Shown here: piece by piece, positions 9,507 to 20,337 of the stretch
Position numbering within the stretch: the stretch's first letter is position 1
Layout: the number at the start of each line of letters is the position of its first letter
NCBI GenBank assembly: GCA_963714975.1
Contig: CAVQQD010000002.1
Coordinates: 1,120,001-1,184,000 of the forward strand
Source: an uncultured Gammaproteobacteria bacterium
GTDB taxonomy: Bacteria; Pseudomonadota; Gammaproteobacteria; JAURND01
Length of the DNA: 64,000 nt
Direction of reading: 5' to 3'
Made by a program: the position numbers and the translations under genes
The notes under the pieces: generated by a model
Database searches by the model: none
Told to the model about the DNA's origin: nothing
What the model saw: only the letters and a program-made list of their open reading frames with translations

Positions 9507-11051
9507 ATGCAAGAAAGTACTACTTTAGATCTGAACGAGCAAACTGCTCAGCGAAAAATGAAATTACGTGAGTTACGCGAAAAGGGTAATCCTTTTCCAA
9601 ATCAATTTCGTCGCAATGATTTTGTGGGAGATTTGTTACAATCTTATGAGAACGAAACAGAGCAGAGACTCGAGGAACAACCTGTCTCTGTTAAGTTAGC
9701 GGGGCGTATCATGACGCGCCGCGTTATGGGAAAGGCAAGCTTTGCTCACGTACAAGATATGACTGGAAAAATTCAGTTATATTTCAAGCAAGAATTGTTA
9801 GGGAATGAGGCCTATGCTCAATTTAAACATTGGGACTTAGGCGACATTATTGGGATCGAGGGAGTATTGTTTAAAACTAAAACCGGTGAACTCAGCGTCA
9901 AAGCCATTCATCTTTGTTTATTAACCAAAGCCTTGCAACCTTTACCGGATAAATTTCACGGCTTAGCCGATCAGGAAACACGCTATCGTCAGCGGTATTT
10001 AGATTTAATTGCCAATGAAGAAACACGACAAGTTTTTAAAACTCGTTCTGCAGTGGTCAGTGCTGTTCGGGAATTTCTCACCACTCGCAGGTTTTTAGAA
10101 GTTGAAACGCCGATGATGCATTCCATTCCAGGTGGTGCCGCAGCCCGTCCTTTTGTGACACAACATAATGCGTTAAACATGCGGCTATATTTGCGGATTG
10201 CACCGGAATTGTATTTGAAACGCTTAGTAGTCGGCGGCTTTGAACGTGTATTTGAAATTAATCGTAATTTTCGCAATGAAGGTTTGTCGACGCGGCATAA
10301 TCCAGAATTTACCATGTTGGAATTTTATTTAGCCTATGCGGATTATCATGATTTGATGGACTTGACTGAAGCAATGCTTCGCGAATTGTGCATGAAGGTT
10401 TTGGGAAGCACTCAACTAAGCTATCAAAGTGAGGTTTATGATTTTGCTCAGCCGATTCGGCGCCTGACATTAAAACAATCTTTGTTGCATTTTAATCCAA
10501 ATTTTACAACCGCAGATTTGGAAGATTTATCTAAACTCCGTGCGATTGCACAGTCGTTGGAAATCGCCGTGCGTGAGCACGATGGGATTGGTAAAATCCA
10601 ATATGAGCTCTTTGAAAAGACAGTAGAAGGAAATTTATTACAACCTACTTTTATTACAGAATTTCCTACTGAGGTTTCTCCCTTGGCACGAAAAAATGAC
10701 CAGAATCCTGAGGTGGTGGATCGATTTGAATTTTTTGTGGGTGGGCGTGAAATTGCCAATGGATTTTCTGAGCTGAATGATCCTGAAGATCAAGCAGAGC
10801 GGTTTCGTGACCAGGTGAAACATCGCGATGCGGGTGATTTAGAGGCGATGTTGTTTGATGCGGATTATATTTGTGCTCTGGAATATGGCTTACCCCCTAC
10901 TGCTGGGGAAGGAATTGGCATTGATCGTTTGGTGATGCTATTTACTGACTCGCCTTCCATTCGAGATGTGATTTTGTTTCCGCAGATGCGGCCTGCCTCT
11001 ATTACCCCTCCCCTTGTGGGAGAAGGTGCCCCTTCGACAGGCTCAGGGTAG
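9507..11051 (+). CDS. lysS: Lysine--tRNA ligase (class II); last ~14 aa derived from REP sequence
   Basis: [37 protein letters not shown]. Confidence 0.98.
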   Translation: MQESTTLDLNEQTAQRKMKLRELREKGNPFPNQFRRNDFVGDLLQSYENETEQRLEEQPVSVKLAGRIMTRRVMGKASFAHVQDMTGKIQLYFKQELLGNEAYAQFKHWDLGDIIGIEGVLFKTKTGELSVKAIHLCLLTKALQPLPDKFHGLADQETRYRQRYLDLIANEETRQVFKTRSAVVSAVREFLTTRRFLEVETPMMHSIPGGAAARPFVTQHNALNMRLYLRIAPELYLKRLVVGGFERVFEINRNFRNEGLSTRHNPEFTMLEFYLAYADYHDLMDLTEAMLRELCMKVLGSTQLSYQSEVYDFAQPIRRLTLKQSLLHFNPNFTTADLEDLSKLRAIAQSLEIAVREHDGIGKIQYELFEKTVEGNLLQPTFITEFPTEVSPLARKNDQNPEVVDRFEFFVGGREIANGFSELNDPEDQAERFRDQVKHRDAGDLEAMLFDADYICALEYGLPPTAGEGIGIDRLVMLFTDSPSIRDVILFPQMRPASITPPLVGEGAPSTGSG

Positions 11052-11093
11052 GCTGAAGGAATAATGCTGAGGCTTATTCCGGGGGAGAGGGGA
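11005..11093. repeat. Composite REP elements at the lysS/prfB convergence
   Basis: CCCCTCCCCTTGTGGGAGAAGGTGCCCCTTCGACAGGCTCAGGGTAGG, with a near-identical copy at 55342-55392. Confidence 0.8.
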
Positions 11094-12193
11094 TTTGTAA
11101 TTGTTTCAAACTGGCCTCAATAAATTGATCTAAATCCCCATCTAATACTGCCTGCGTATTAGACGTTTCTACACCGGTGCGTAAATCTTTAATGCGCGAA
11201 GTATCTAACACATAAGAACGAATCTGGCTTCCCCAAGATATTTCCGATTTACTTGCTTCGACTGCTTGCTGCTCTTCTTGTTTTTTCTGCAGTTCAAGCT
11301 CATATAATTTAGCGCGCAATTGCTTTAAAGCTTGAGCGCGATTTTTATGTTGAGATCGTTCGTTTTGACACTGTACTACAATACCCGTCGACAAGTGGGT
11401 AATGCGCACTGCAGAATCGGTACGGTTGACATGCTGCCCGCCTGCCCCACTAGCACGATAGGTATCTACCCGTAAATCCGCGGGATTAATATCCACCTCA
11501 ATATCTTCATCAATTTCAGGCGAGACAAATACCGAGGCAAATGAAGTATGGCGCCGATTCCCCGAGTCAAAGGGTGATTTACGCACTAAACGATGCACCC
11601 CGGTTTCAGTTCTTAACCAACCATAGGCATAAGGCCCTGCAAAGCGCACAGAAACACTTTTAATGCCAGCAACCTCTCCTGCTGAAACTTCTAATAATTC
11701 CGTTTTAAACTGATGTTTATCCCCCCAACGTAAGTACATGCGCAATAGCATTTCTGCCCAATCTTGGGCCTCAGTGCCCCCTGAACCTGAATTAATATCC
11801 AGATAGGCATTGTTGGCGTCCAGGTTACCGGAAAACATGCGAGCAAACTCCAACTGCTCTACTTTTTGGGTCAAGCCCTCGACATCTTGTTTAATAGCAG
11901 CAAATGCCTGGGCATCATGTTCTTCGGCAGCTAATTCCAGCAAATATTCACTGTCTTGAATGCCTTGTTCTAATTGTTGCAAACTGTCAACTAAGCCCTC
12001 TAACTGCACCCGCTCCCGCCCTAAAGCTTGAGCATTTTCGGGATTATTCCACAATCGCGGATCCTCTAGATTGCGCACCACTTCTTCTAAACGTTCTCGT
12101 TTTCTATCCAGTTCAAAGATACCTCCCCAGCGCCATCACACGCTGTTTAAGATCTTTGAGCTGATCCACTAATGGATTAATTTCTAAAGTCAT
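11074..12193 (-). CDS. prfB: Peptide chain release factor 2 with programmed +1 frameshift
   Basis: ATG at 12193 (MTLEINPL...GRYL), then GGGAGG TAT CTT TGA A shift site; SPF and GGQ motifs. Confidence 0.96.
12112..12128 (-). other. prfB +1 frameshift cassette (internal SD plus CTT TGA)
   Basis: GGGGAGG TAT CTT TGA A. Confidence 0.9.
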
Positions 12194-12265
12194 ATTAACC
12201 TACGCCTCATTTCGGGAAATGTTGTATCATACACCACTTTAAATACTCGATGGAGACATACACTC

Positions 12266-12853
12266 ATGAAAAAATCCCACTTTTCTCAGGAATCTTTAGA
12301 TGAAGAAAATAACATAGCCGAGGAAGAAGCTCCAGCCAAAGCATTAGACCGCCCTCTTTCCTATGAAGAGTTAGAAGGCAACTTAAATGAAGCCGAGGCT
12401 CAACTCAATGAGGCTATAACACGCGCCGAGGAATACAAAAATCAGGTCTTGCGTGCGCAAGCAGATGCTGAAAATGTCAAAAAGCGGGCCGAAAAAGACG
12501 CTGCAAGCCAAATTAAGTCGTCCTTAACACGCTTTATCAACGAATTACTACCCATCATTGATGGTATCGAAAGAGGTTTAAGTATAGAAGTTGGCGATAA
12601 TGAATTTGCCAAACATATGCATGAGGGCTTGGAAATGACGCTAAAATTATTTAATGAAGCCTTGGTCAAGTTCGATGTAAAACCAATTGACCCAATCAAC
12701 CAGGCATTTAACCCAGAACTTCATCAAGCGGTTTCTACCCTACCGAACCCTGAAGTACCTGAAAACACCATCATTCAAGTACTGCAAAAAGGCTACCAGC
12801 TTGGCGAGCGATTAATCCGCCCCGCCTTAGTGATTGTGGCAAAAAAATCTTGA
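12266..12853 (+). CDS. grpE: Nucleotide exchange factor GrpE
   Basis: LRAQADAENVKKR, FNPELHQA, QKGYQLGERLIRPA. Confidence 0.96.
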   Translation: MKKSHFSQESLDEENNIAEEEAPAKALDRPLSYEELEGNLNEAEAQLNEAITRAEEYKNQVLRAQADAENVKKRAEKDAASQIKSSLTRFINELLPIIDGIERGLSIEVGDNEFAKHMHEGLEMTLKLFNEALVKFDVKPIDPINQAFNPELHQAVSTLPNPEVPENTIIQVLQKGYQLGERLIRPALVIVAKKS

Positions 12854-12877
12854 AATTCAGAAGAGACACCCCCAACT
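12849..12877 (+). promoter_or_regulatory. Sigma32 heat-shock promoter upstream of dnaK
   Basis: CTTGAAA-N13/14-CCCCAACT. Confidence 0.7.
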
Positions 12878-12970
12878 ACAAGACTATCAGACAAGAATCC
12901 CGTCTCCCACAAAAACATAGTGGGAGAAGGGATTTAAACAACTTTACTTAGTATTCGGAGAATTAACAAT

Positions 12971-14950
12971 ATGGCTACTTCTGCATCATCCATTATCGGC
13001 ATTGACTTAGGCACCACGAACTCTTGCGTCGCTGTATTAGAAGCCGGAGGAAAAGTACGCGTTATCGAAAATAGTGAAGGAGATCGCACTACCCCTTCTA
13101 TCATTGCCTATACTAAAGATGGTGAAGTCCTCGTAGGTCAGTCTGCCAAACGGCAAGCTGTCACCAATCCTCACAATACCTTGTATGCAATTAAGCGATT
13201 GATTGGACGAAAGTTCAAAGATGATGTTGTACAAAGCGATATCAAAATGGTGCCCTACAAAATTATTGAAGCAGATAATGGCGATGCTTGGGTTCAAGCT
13301 GAAGACCGAAAATTAGCTCCCCCGCAGATTTCTGCCCAAGTGTTGATGAAGATGAAAAAGACTGCTGAGGATTATCTGGGTCATCCCGTCACTGAAGCAG
13401 TGATTACCGTGCCTGCTTATTTTAATGATTCACAACGTCAAGCCACCAAAGATGCCGGACGCATTGCCGGTCTAGAAGTTAAGCGCATTATCAATGAACC
13501 AACCGCTGCTGCTCTAGCCTATGGTTTAGACAAAAAACCTGGAGATCGTAAGATTGCGGTTTATGATCTAGGTGGTGGTACCTTTGATATCTCCATCATT
13601 GAAATTGCAGCAGTCGAGGGGGAAAAGCAATTCGAGGTATTATCGACCAATGGTGATACCTTCTTAGGTGGTGAAGATTTTGACCAGCGCATTATTGAGT
13701 TTATTGTCACCGAATTTAAAAAGGAACAAGGGATCGACTTACGTAATGATCCTCTGGCATTACAAAGACTTAAAGAAGCTGCAGAAAAGGCCAAAATTGA
13801 GCTTTCTTCCTCGATGCAAACCGATATTAACTTGCCTTATATCACGGCAGACAGCACCGGACCCAAACATCTCAACATTCGCCTAACTCGCGCCAAATTG
13901 GAATCACTAGTTGAAAATTTGGTTGATCGCACCATTGATCCTTGCAAAATAGCGCTTAAAGATGCCAACTTGAAAGCCTCTGACATTGATGAAGTGATCC
14001 TAGTGGGTGGTCAAACCCGAATGCCCAAAGTGCAAGAAGCTGTACGAAAATTCTTCGAGAAAGATGCGCGGCATGATGTTAACCCCGATGAGGCAGTCGC
14101 AATGGGCGCAGCAATCCAAGCGGGTGTTTTATCCGGTCATGTAAAAGATATTTTATTGCTAGACGTCACCCCCTTATCTTTGGGTATCGAAACTCTAGGT
14201 GGGGTCATGACCAAGTTAATTGAGAAAAATACTACAATACCGACCAAGGCGACTCAGACATTTTCAACTGCCGACGACAATCAAACTGCGGTGACCGTCC
14301 ATGTGTTACAAGGGGAACGCGAAATAGCCTCGGCCAATAAATCGTTAGGTCGTTTTGATCTTTCTGACATTCCTCCGGCACGCCGAGGTATGCCACAAAT
14401 CGAAGTCATCTTTGATATTGATGCGAATGGTATCCTACATGTTTCAGCCAAAGATAAAGCCACTGGTAAGCAACAATCGATTGTAATTAAAGCTTCTAGT
14501 GGTTTATCCGAAGATGAAATTAATCGTATGCTGCATGATGCTGAAGAACACCGCGAAGCAGACAAGAAGTTTCATGAACTCGTAGAAATATGTAATAAAG
14601 CGGACAGTTTGATTCATGCGACGACTAAATCGTTACAAGATCTGGGCAGCAAGGTCACCAGTGAAGAAAAAGCCAGTATTGAATCAGCCATTGATGCTTT
14701 AAAAGAAGCCATGAAGTCTGATGACAAAGAAGCTATCGAACAACGAACCCAAGCGCTCACAGACGCATCAAGTAAAGTAGTACAACGTGCCTATGAAGAA
14801 AAAGGCACTGCTGCTGACGACGCAGCAGGAGCAGGCAGTGCTGGTGCTGGCGGTGGCGGTAGTGAAGAAGGGGCACAAAAACCCAAGGGCGATAATGTGG
14901 TTGATGCCGAGTTTGAAGAGGTTAAGGATAATAAAGAAGATAAACAATAA
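12971..14950 (+). CDS. dnaK: Chaperone DnaK
   Basis: [25 protein letters not shown]; C-terminal DAEFEEV. Confidence 0.99.
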   Translation: MATSASSIIGIDLGTTNSCVAVLEAGGKVRVIENSEGDRTTPSIIAYTKDGEVLVGQSAKRQAVTNPHNTLYAIKRLIGRKFKDDVVQSDIKMVPYKIIEADNGDAWVQAEDRKLAPPQISAQVLMKMKKTAEDYLGHPVTEAVITVPAYFNDSQRQATKDAGRIAGLEVKRIINEPTAAALAYGLDKKPGDRKIAVYDLGGGTFDISIIEIAAVEGEKQFEVLSTNGDTFLGGEDFDQRIIEFIVTEFKKEQGIDLRNDPLALQRLKEAAEKAKIELSSSMQTDINLPYITADSTGPKHLNIRLTRAKLESLVENLVDRTIDPCKIALKDANLKASDIDEVILVGGQTRMPKVQEAVRKFFEKDARHDVNPDEAVAMGAAIQAGVLSGHVKDILLLDVTPLSLGIETLGGVMTKLIEKNTTIPTKATQTFSTADDNQTAVTVHVLQGEREIASANKSLGRFDLSDIPPARRGMPQIEVIFDIDANGILHVSAKDKATGKQQSIVIKASSGLSEDEINRMLHDAEEHREADKKFHELVEICNKADSLIHATTKSLQDLGSKVTSEEKASIESAIDALKEAMKSDDKEAIEQRTQALTDASSKVVQRAYEEKGTAADDAAGAGSAGAGGGGSEEGAQKPKGDNVVDAEFEEVKDNKEDKQ

Positions 14951-15017
14951 TAGTTAACTATTCAGCAGCTGCCTGTTTTGCCAACTGTGGCAATATTGGG
15001 GCGAGACAACAACGCTT

Positions 15018-16130
15018 ATGACTAATAAAAGAGACTATTACGAAGTATTGGGAGTTTCTCAATCAGCTTCGAATGAAGAAATTAAAAAAGCCTTTCGTGG
15101 TTTAGCGATGAAATATCACCCGGATCGCTATTCGGGTGATAAAGGCGAACAGTTCAAAGAAATAAAAGAAGCTTACGAAGTCTTAAGCGATAGCAAAAAA
15201 CGCGGGCTTTACGACCAATTCGGTCATGCTGGAGTTGCCGGAGCAGGCGGTGGCGCTGGCGCTCATGGTTTTGACTTTGGTGACATCAGTGACATCTTTG
15301 GGAATATCTTCGGTGACGCCTTTGGTGGCGGACGAAGAAGGCAAGCACAACGCGGGGCGGACTTAGTCTATAATTTGGAACTGAGTCTAGAAAATGCCGT
15401 ACATGGCACCGCGGTGCAAATTCAAGTGCCTACCTGGGTAGTCTGTACGGAATGCCATGGCTCAGGAGCTAAAAAAGGCAGTACACCTATCACTTGTTCT
15501 ACCTGCGGGGGACAAGGTCAAGTCTACATGCAGCAAGGTTTCTTCTCGGTCAGCCAAACTTGTCCCGATTGTCGTGGTGAAGGAAAAATTATCCGCGATC
15601 CCTGCCATCATTGTCGAGGGCATGGTCGAGTAGAACAAATTAAAACATTATCAGTTAAAATTCCCGCGGGCATTGATACCGGGGATAGAATTCGTCTCCA
15701 AGGCGAAGGCGAGGCGGGAATGCATGGATCACCTGCCGGTGATTTGTATGTGCAAATTAAAATCAAACCCCATCCTATTTTCACCCGCGAAGAAACCGAT
15801 TTACATTGTGAGGTTCCTATTAGCTTTAGCTGTGCTTGTCTAGGCGGCGAGATCGACATCCCTACTCTTGATGGGAAGGTGATGTTAAAAATCCCCGCAG
15901 AAACCCAAAGTGGTAAACTATTTCGCTTACGCGGCAAAGGCGTCAAATCGATTCGCAGTGGACGCGCCGGTGAGTTATTTTGCCGCGTTGTGGTAGAAAC
16001 GCCGGTAAATCTTACCCGCGAACAAAAAGATTGGCTCAAACAACTTGAAGAATCCTTAGAGAAAGGCGGTGAGAAACACAGTCCTAAATCTAAAACTTGG
16101 TTTGATAGCGTGAAACAGTTTTTTTCGTAG
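15018..16130 (+). CDS. dnaJ: Chaperone DnaJ
   Basis: HPD motif, G/F region, four CxxCxGxG. Confidence 0.98.
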   Translation: MTNKRDYYEVLGVSQSASNEEIKKAFRGLAMKYHPDRYSGDKGEQFKEIKEAYEVLSDSKKRGLYDQFGHAGVAGAGGGAGAHGFDFGDISDIFGNIFGDAFGGGRRRQAQRGADLVYNLELSLENAVHGTAVQIQVPTWVVCTECHGSGAKKGSTPITCSTCGGQGQVYMQQGFFSVSQTCPDCRGEGKIIRDPCHHCRGHGRVEQIKTLSVKIPAGIDTGDRIRLQGEGEAGMHGSPAGDLYVQIKIKPHPIFTREETDLHCEVPISFSCACLGGEIDIPTLDGKVMLKIPAETQSGKLFRLRGKGVKSIRSGRAGELFCRVVVETPVNLTREQKDWLKQLEESLEKGGEKHSPKSKTWFDSVKQFFS

Positions 16131-16136
16131 ATTTTA

Positions 16137-16289
16137 CCTCTCCCCTTGTGGGGGAGGCCGCCGCGCCGTAAGGCGCGCGGGTGAGGGGTAAGCAGCAGTG
16201 AGCATTTAGCTAATAAAATGCTCCTTACTGGCTTTAAGTTTACCCCTCATCCGCCCTTTCGGGCACCTTCTCCCACAAGGGGAGAAGGA
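16137..16289. repeat. REPIN-like inverted doublet between convergent genes
   Basis: CTCCCCTTGTGGGGGAGG...TGAGGGGTAA / TTACCCCTCA...CTCCCACAAGGGGAG. Confidence 0.85.
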
Positions 16290-16329
16290 TTTTTACGCAC
16301 AAAGATGGAGGTCCATATATTGCGAATAG

Positions 16330-16632
16330 TTACTTATTATTTGAAGTGGAAACGGAAGATGACTCACCGCTAGGCTGTTCTTTATCAGCTTGAGAACGTA
16401 GGCACCACAATGACGCGATTATTGCAAGCATTCCCACTAACATTAAAATAAATCCGCTAGTAGCTGTTTTATTTATTGCGGAATCAAAACCTAAATCTGC
16501 ATGAGCATCCAGTACACTCTGACTCCCAACCGAAGCTATTAGTGTCCAGAAACCCACACCAAAGGTTACCGGACCAAAGCATACAGCACCTATTAAGCCT
16601 ACTTCGGATAATGTTTGTTTATAATTGACCAT
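16330..16632 (-). CDS. Small hypothetical 2-TM protein
   Basis: ORF with AGGA RBS, two hydrophobic segments and a polar tail. Confidence 0.6.
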   Translation of the reverse strand: MVNYKQTLSEVGLIGAVCFGPVTFGVGFWTLIASVGSQSVLDAHADLGFDSAINKTATSGFILMLVGMLAIIASLWCLRSQADKEQPSGESSSVSTSNNK

Positions 16633-16644
16633 AGCTTTATATCC

Positions 16645-18336
16645 TCATTGATTGCTGGCAATTCTAACTTTTTTATGGTAAAACGCGAGCCCGATTTGTA
16701 AAACCTGAACGATTCCATGACTTTTTAAAGTAGCAGCATAGCGTCGATCGATGATTTGCTGCAGCGCCTCCTCTGCAGCTTCTTCTAAAGACTGCGCAGC
16801 ATTCCGGATTGTTTTAAATTCCATCACAATACCTAATTGAGTAGGATCTTTTGGAATTAGCATCACATCATAACGCCCGTCACCACTTTCCTTATTGGAT
16901 TGAACTTCATGAGTAGCTTGTAAGCTGACGATAAGACCTAAGACAAAACCGTGATAAAATTTTTCTGGATGCCTACCTGTCACATCAAATAAGCTGAAAG
17001 TGATTTCAAGACAATCTTGTAACCCCAGACCAAAAGCCTCAACATGCCCTTCCGTGAGATGTTTTAAAAAACTTTGATAAGTGCTATTGCCTAATTTATC
17101 AGAAAACCAGCCATAAATAATACCTCGATATAAAAGGAGAACCTCATGATTAGGCGCTATCAATTGTACATTAATACAAGTATCAAATTCTCTGCGCTCT
17201 CTATCAGTCGCTTTTAAATAACCACTAAACAGTAGCAAACTCCAGACAGCATCATTATTATTATCCAGATCACCAAAGACCGTATTTTCCTCGATGATCG
17301 CTGAAACAGGCTCATTCCGTAGCAGCTTTGCTAGATTTTCCTTGAGAGCCACATCCCCCTTGGCGAGTTGTCGTTTGATTAACTCATTACCGCTGGTATT
17401 AACCCAATAGGGCTGCACTTCTCCTTGGTTTTTAATGCAACTTACAATAGACCAGGGATTATAAATAACGGTATTACCGCATTGATAGCCATTGTACCAT
17501 CCACGAATACGGACAGAATCATACTCTAAATTAGCCTGCTGCAATAAAGAAACGACTTCTGATTCAGTAAATCCGAAATATTCACTATAACCTGAATGTA
17601 ATAGAGTATAGACCTGGACATTATTTAATCCAGAAAATAAGCTTTCTTTAGCAATACGTAAAATTCCAGTGATTACTACCTTTTCTAAATAAGGATTAGT
17701 TTTTAATACCGCACTTAAAACCCCGCGCATTAAACTAATCATTTCTAGATAATAGTCATGCACAAAGGCCGATTGAATTGGCGCATCATATTCATCAATC
17801 AATAACCAGACTCGTTGCGTCGTATGGCGAAATATATATTCGGTTAAATTCCGTAAAGAGGCATGTATTTCAGATTCACTGGCTTGTTTGGCTAAGATTT
17901 TATGATAGACCACTTTTTCTTCTACATCTAAACTGCCCCCATCCAAGACATAACGATGTTCCCGATAAGTACGGCGAATCAGCTCATGCAAGTTTCCAGT
18001 AGCTACCTGAAGATTATGGTCTTTGACGTCTTTGAGAGTAAGAAAAATAACCGGGTGTTTTCCTTGATACTGCATATACTGCTCGCCCAAAGAAGCAATT
18101 TTGAAACGATCAAATAATCCTTGAGTTTTGCGACCATAGACATCCGCTGCAAAAAAATGCTGCAACATTGATAGATTCAGGGTCTTGCCAAAACGCCGAG
18201 GGCGAGTGATGACCATAACGCTGCTCGGGTCATCGATAATTTCTTGAATCAACAAAGTTTTATCAACGAAATCTAATCCTTTCTCAAGGATTTCACCAAA
18301 ATTATCCTGACCTATTGGTAGTCGTAATTTAGACAT
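16645..18336 (-). CDS. AAA-ATPase-like domain plus PD-(D/E)XK nuclease protein
   Basis: RPRRFGKT, LIDEYDAP, YNPWSI, EKFYHGF, SNKESGDGRYD...EFK. Confidence 0.92.
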   Translation of the reverse strand: MSKLRLPIGQDNFGEILEKGLDFVDKTLLIQEIIDDPSSVMVITRPRRFGKTLNLSMLQHFFAADVYGRKTQGLFDRFKIASLGEQYMQYQGKHPVIFLTLKDVKDHNLQVATGNLHELIRRTYREHRYVLDGGSLDVEEKVVYHKILAKQASESEIHASLRNLTEYIFRHTTQRVWLLIDEYDAPIQSAFVHDYYLEMISLMRGVLSAVLKTNPYLEKVVITGILRIAKESLFSGLNNVQVYTLLHSGYSEYFGFTESEVVSLLQQANLEYDSVRIRGWYNGYQCGNTVIYNPWSIVSCIKNQGEVQPYWVNTSGNELIKRQLAKGDVALKENLAKLLRNEPVSAIIEENTVFGDLDNNNDAVWSLLLFSGYLKATDRERREFDTCINVQLIAPNHEVLLLYRGIIYGWFSDKLGNSTYQSFLKHLTEGHVEAFGLGLQDCLEITFSLFDVTGRHPEKFYHGFVLGLIVSLQATHEVQSNKESGDGRYDVMLIPKDPTQLGIVMEFKTIRNAAQSLEEAAEEALQQIIDRRYAATLKSHGIVQVLQIGLAFYHKKVRIASNQ

Positions 18337-18339
18337 TTT

Positions 18340-19113
18340 TCAATCTAACAAACGTTTTGCGGCAGCGAATAATAATTCACTGTCACTAACAGGCATATCG
18401 GTATTTTTTTCACGCCAGACATCGTATTTTCTAGCGGTATCTTTAATAGCTGCGTCACTCGCCATTTTTATTTTGCCACCCATTGACATTGTTAACACCT
18501 GAATTTTGCAAGCATATTCTAAGTAATAATAATACCAAAACGCGTCGAAAATATTTTTTCCCACCGCTAACAATCCATGATTACGCAAAATTAGACATTG
18601 CTTGCCTTTTAGATCACGCATCAACTCTGCTTGGGTATCATCGTTAATAAATAAGGTTTCGAATTCATGATAGCCTACCTTGCCATAAAACATCATACCA
18701 ATCTGGTCGAGTAATAGTAATTCCGTATCTAAACTCGAAATGGCAACGCCATTGTGCGAATGGGTATGTAAAACGCAATTTATTTCAGGATAGGCTCGAT
18801 AAATCGCACGATGCACCGTAGTGCCGTTTTTATTATTAGAAAAGCCCAAGCGACTTTCGATAATATTGCCATCAAAATCTACTTTCACTAAATTTTCGGC
18901 AGTGACCTCTCTAAACGTCAAACCAAATGGATTAATCAGCAAAGCATCTTCGTTGGGAACACGCACCGACAAATGAGTGACAATTAAATCGCACCATTGA
19001 TAGTAATCAAAGATGCGATATAAATAAGCCAGCTGAGTGCGCAAATTAGCTTCTGAAGGATCACGCGCTTGTTCCACACTGGCAATTAAAGCTTTTTGAT
19101 CAAGTCGAGTCAT
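18340..19113 (-). CDS. Class II aldolase/adducin family protein
   Basis: HLSVRVP, CVLHTHS, LRNHGLL. Confidence 0.92.
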   Translation of the reverse strand: MTRLDQKALIASVEQARDPSEANLRTQLAYLYRIFDYYQWCDLIVTHLSVRVPNEDALLINPFGLTFREVTAENLVKVDFDGNIIESRLGFSNNKNGTTVHRAIYRAYPEINCVLHTHSHNGVAISSLDTELLLLDQIGMMFYGKVGYHEFETLFINDDTQAELMRDLKGKQCLILRNHGLLAVGKNIFDAFWYYYYLEYACKIQVLTMSMGGKIKMASDAAIKDTARKYDVWREKNTDMPVSDSELLFAAAKRLLD

Positions 19114-20288
19114 AATTTAAGTTCCTTTGAAGGTGAACGTGAAACCACAGCATCATTTAATTCAATGCCCAAGCCTGGTTGCTCTGAAACCTGAAAAACC
19201 CCATCGACCGGCTGCGGATCTTGTAGGCAAAGTTCGCGATTCCAAGATTTAGTCGCGTAAGTATGATGTTCATGAATCAAAAAGTTAGGGATGGCCGTTT
19301 CCAAATGCAGCGCCACCATGGTGGCTACCGGGCCCCCACAGACATGCGCTTGAATTCTAACATCATAAATATCCGCATAATCACAAACTTTCTTCGCTTC
19401 GGTTAAACCACCACATAAACCCACATCCGGCTGCAAAACATCAACACTTTGGTCTTCTAAATAAGCGCGCACCCCATAACGCGTGTAAAGCCGTTCACCA
19501 GCAGCCAGGGGCACTCGCACTTTATCTGCTACTTTTTTCTGCAATTTTGCATTTAAATAATTCACTGGCTCTTCATAAAACATGCAGCGAAATTCCTCAG
19601 CAATTTCGCCTAACTGAATCGCCGTGGTGGCGCCCGCTAAGCTATGACATTCTAAAATAATATCCACCGAGGGCCCAATCGCTGCGCGAATTGCTTGCAT
19701 ACGTTGGCGGAACAATTGCATTTCATCATGGGTGAAAATTTTCGTCCGATCAAAATAGGTATTACCTGCCGCATCATATAAAATAGGATCGACTTTAACA
19801 CAATCATAGCCCTCAGCCACGGCTTTTTCTGCGGCTTTGCCATAATCAACTGGCTGAAACAATTTATTGACTTCAGGTCCCCAATCAAATTGTAATTGGC
19901 TAGCATAAGTGCGCAGCTTGGTATTGACCCTACCCCCTAACAGCTGATAAACCGGCAACTTAAGCGCCTTGCCTTTAATATCCCAGAGAGCTGTATCAAT
20001 CGCACTCATTGCGGCATAAATTACTGGACCCCCACCTAAGCCCCAAAAACTTTCGCGCAGCATCCGCGACCAAAGCAATTCAGTTTGAAAAGGATCCCAA
20101 CCTAACAAGACTGCATTGCTAATTTCTTCGATCATACTGGCTGCAGCACTATGCCCCCAATCGTAGGCTAGCCCTGCTTCCCCCACCCCGCTAATGCCTT
20201 CATCGGTATGCACGCGCACAAATACCGGATGCCACACCGGCCGTAAGGGACAATGAATATCAAAAATTTCAACTCGGATTACTTTCAT
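19110..20288 (-). CDS. Mandelate racemase/muconate-lactonizing (enolase superfamily) acid-sugar dehydratase-like enzyme
   Basis: True start MKVIRVEI; AIDTALWDIKGKA, EEP, AAGE, QPD, PGLGIE. Confidence 0.9.
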   Translation of the reverse strand: MKVIRVEIFDIHCPLRPVWHPVFVRVHTDEGISGVGEAGLAYDWGHSAAASMIEEISNAVLLGWDPFQTELLWSRMLRESFWGLGGGPVIYAAMSAIDTALWDIKGKALKLPVYQLLGGRVNTKLRTYASQLQFDWGPEVNKLFQPVDYGKAAEKAVAEGYDCVKVDPILYDAAGNTYFDRTKIFTHDEMQLFRQRMQAIRAAIGPSVDIILECHSLAGATTAIQLGEIAEEFRCMFYEEPVNYLNAKLQKKVADKVRVPLAAGERLYTRYGVRAYLEDQSVDVLQPDVGLCGGLTEAKKVCDYADIYDVRIQAHVCGGPVATMVALHLETAIPNFLIHEHHTYATKSWNRELCLQDPQPVDGVFQVSEQPGLGIELNDAVVSRSPSKELKL

Positions 20289-20292
20289 CTCA

Positions 20293-20337
20293 CCCCTCAT
20301 CCGCCTTCGGCACCTTCTCCCACAAGGGGAGAAGGGA
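20293..20337. repeat. REP-like element overlapping the ccmF stop
   Basis: CCCCTCATCCGCCTTCGGCACCTTCTCCCACAAGGGGAGAAGG. Confidence 0.85.

Noticed and set aside
16645-18336. AAA/PD-(D/E)XK protein as a novel defence system
   Set aside because: A common, often multicopy family with no partner genes here to support a system.
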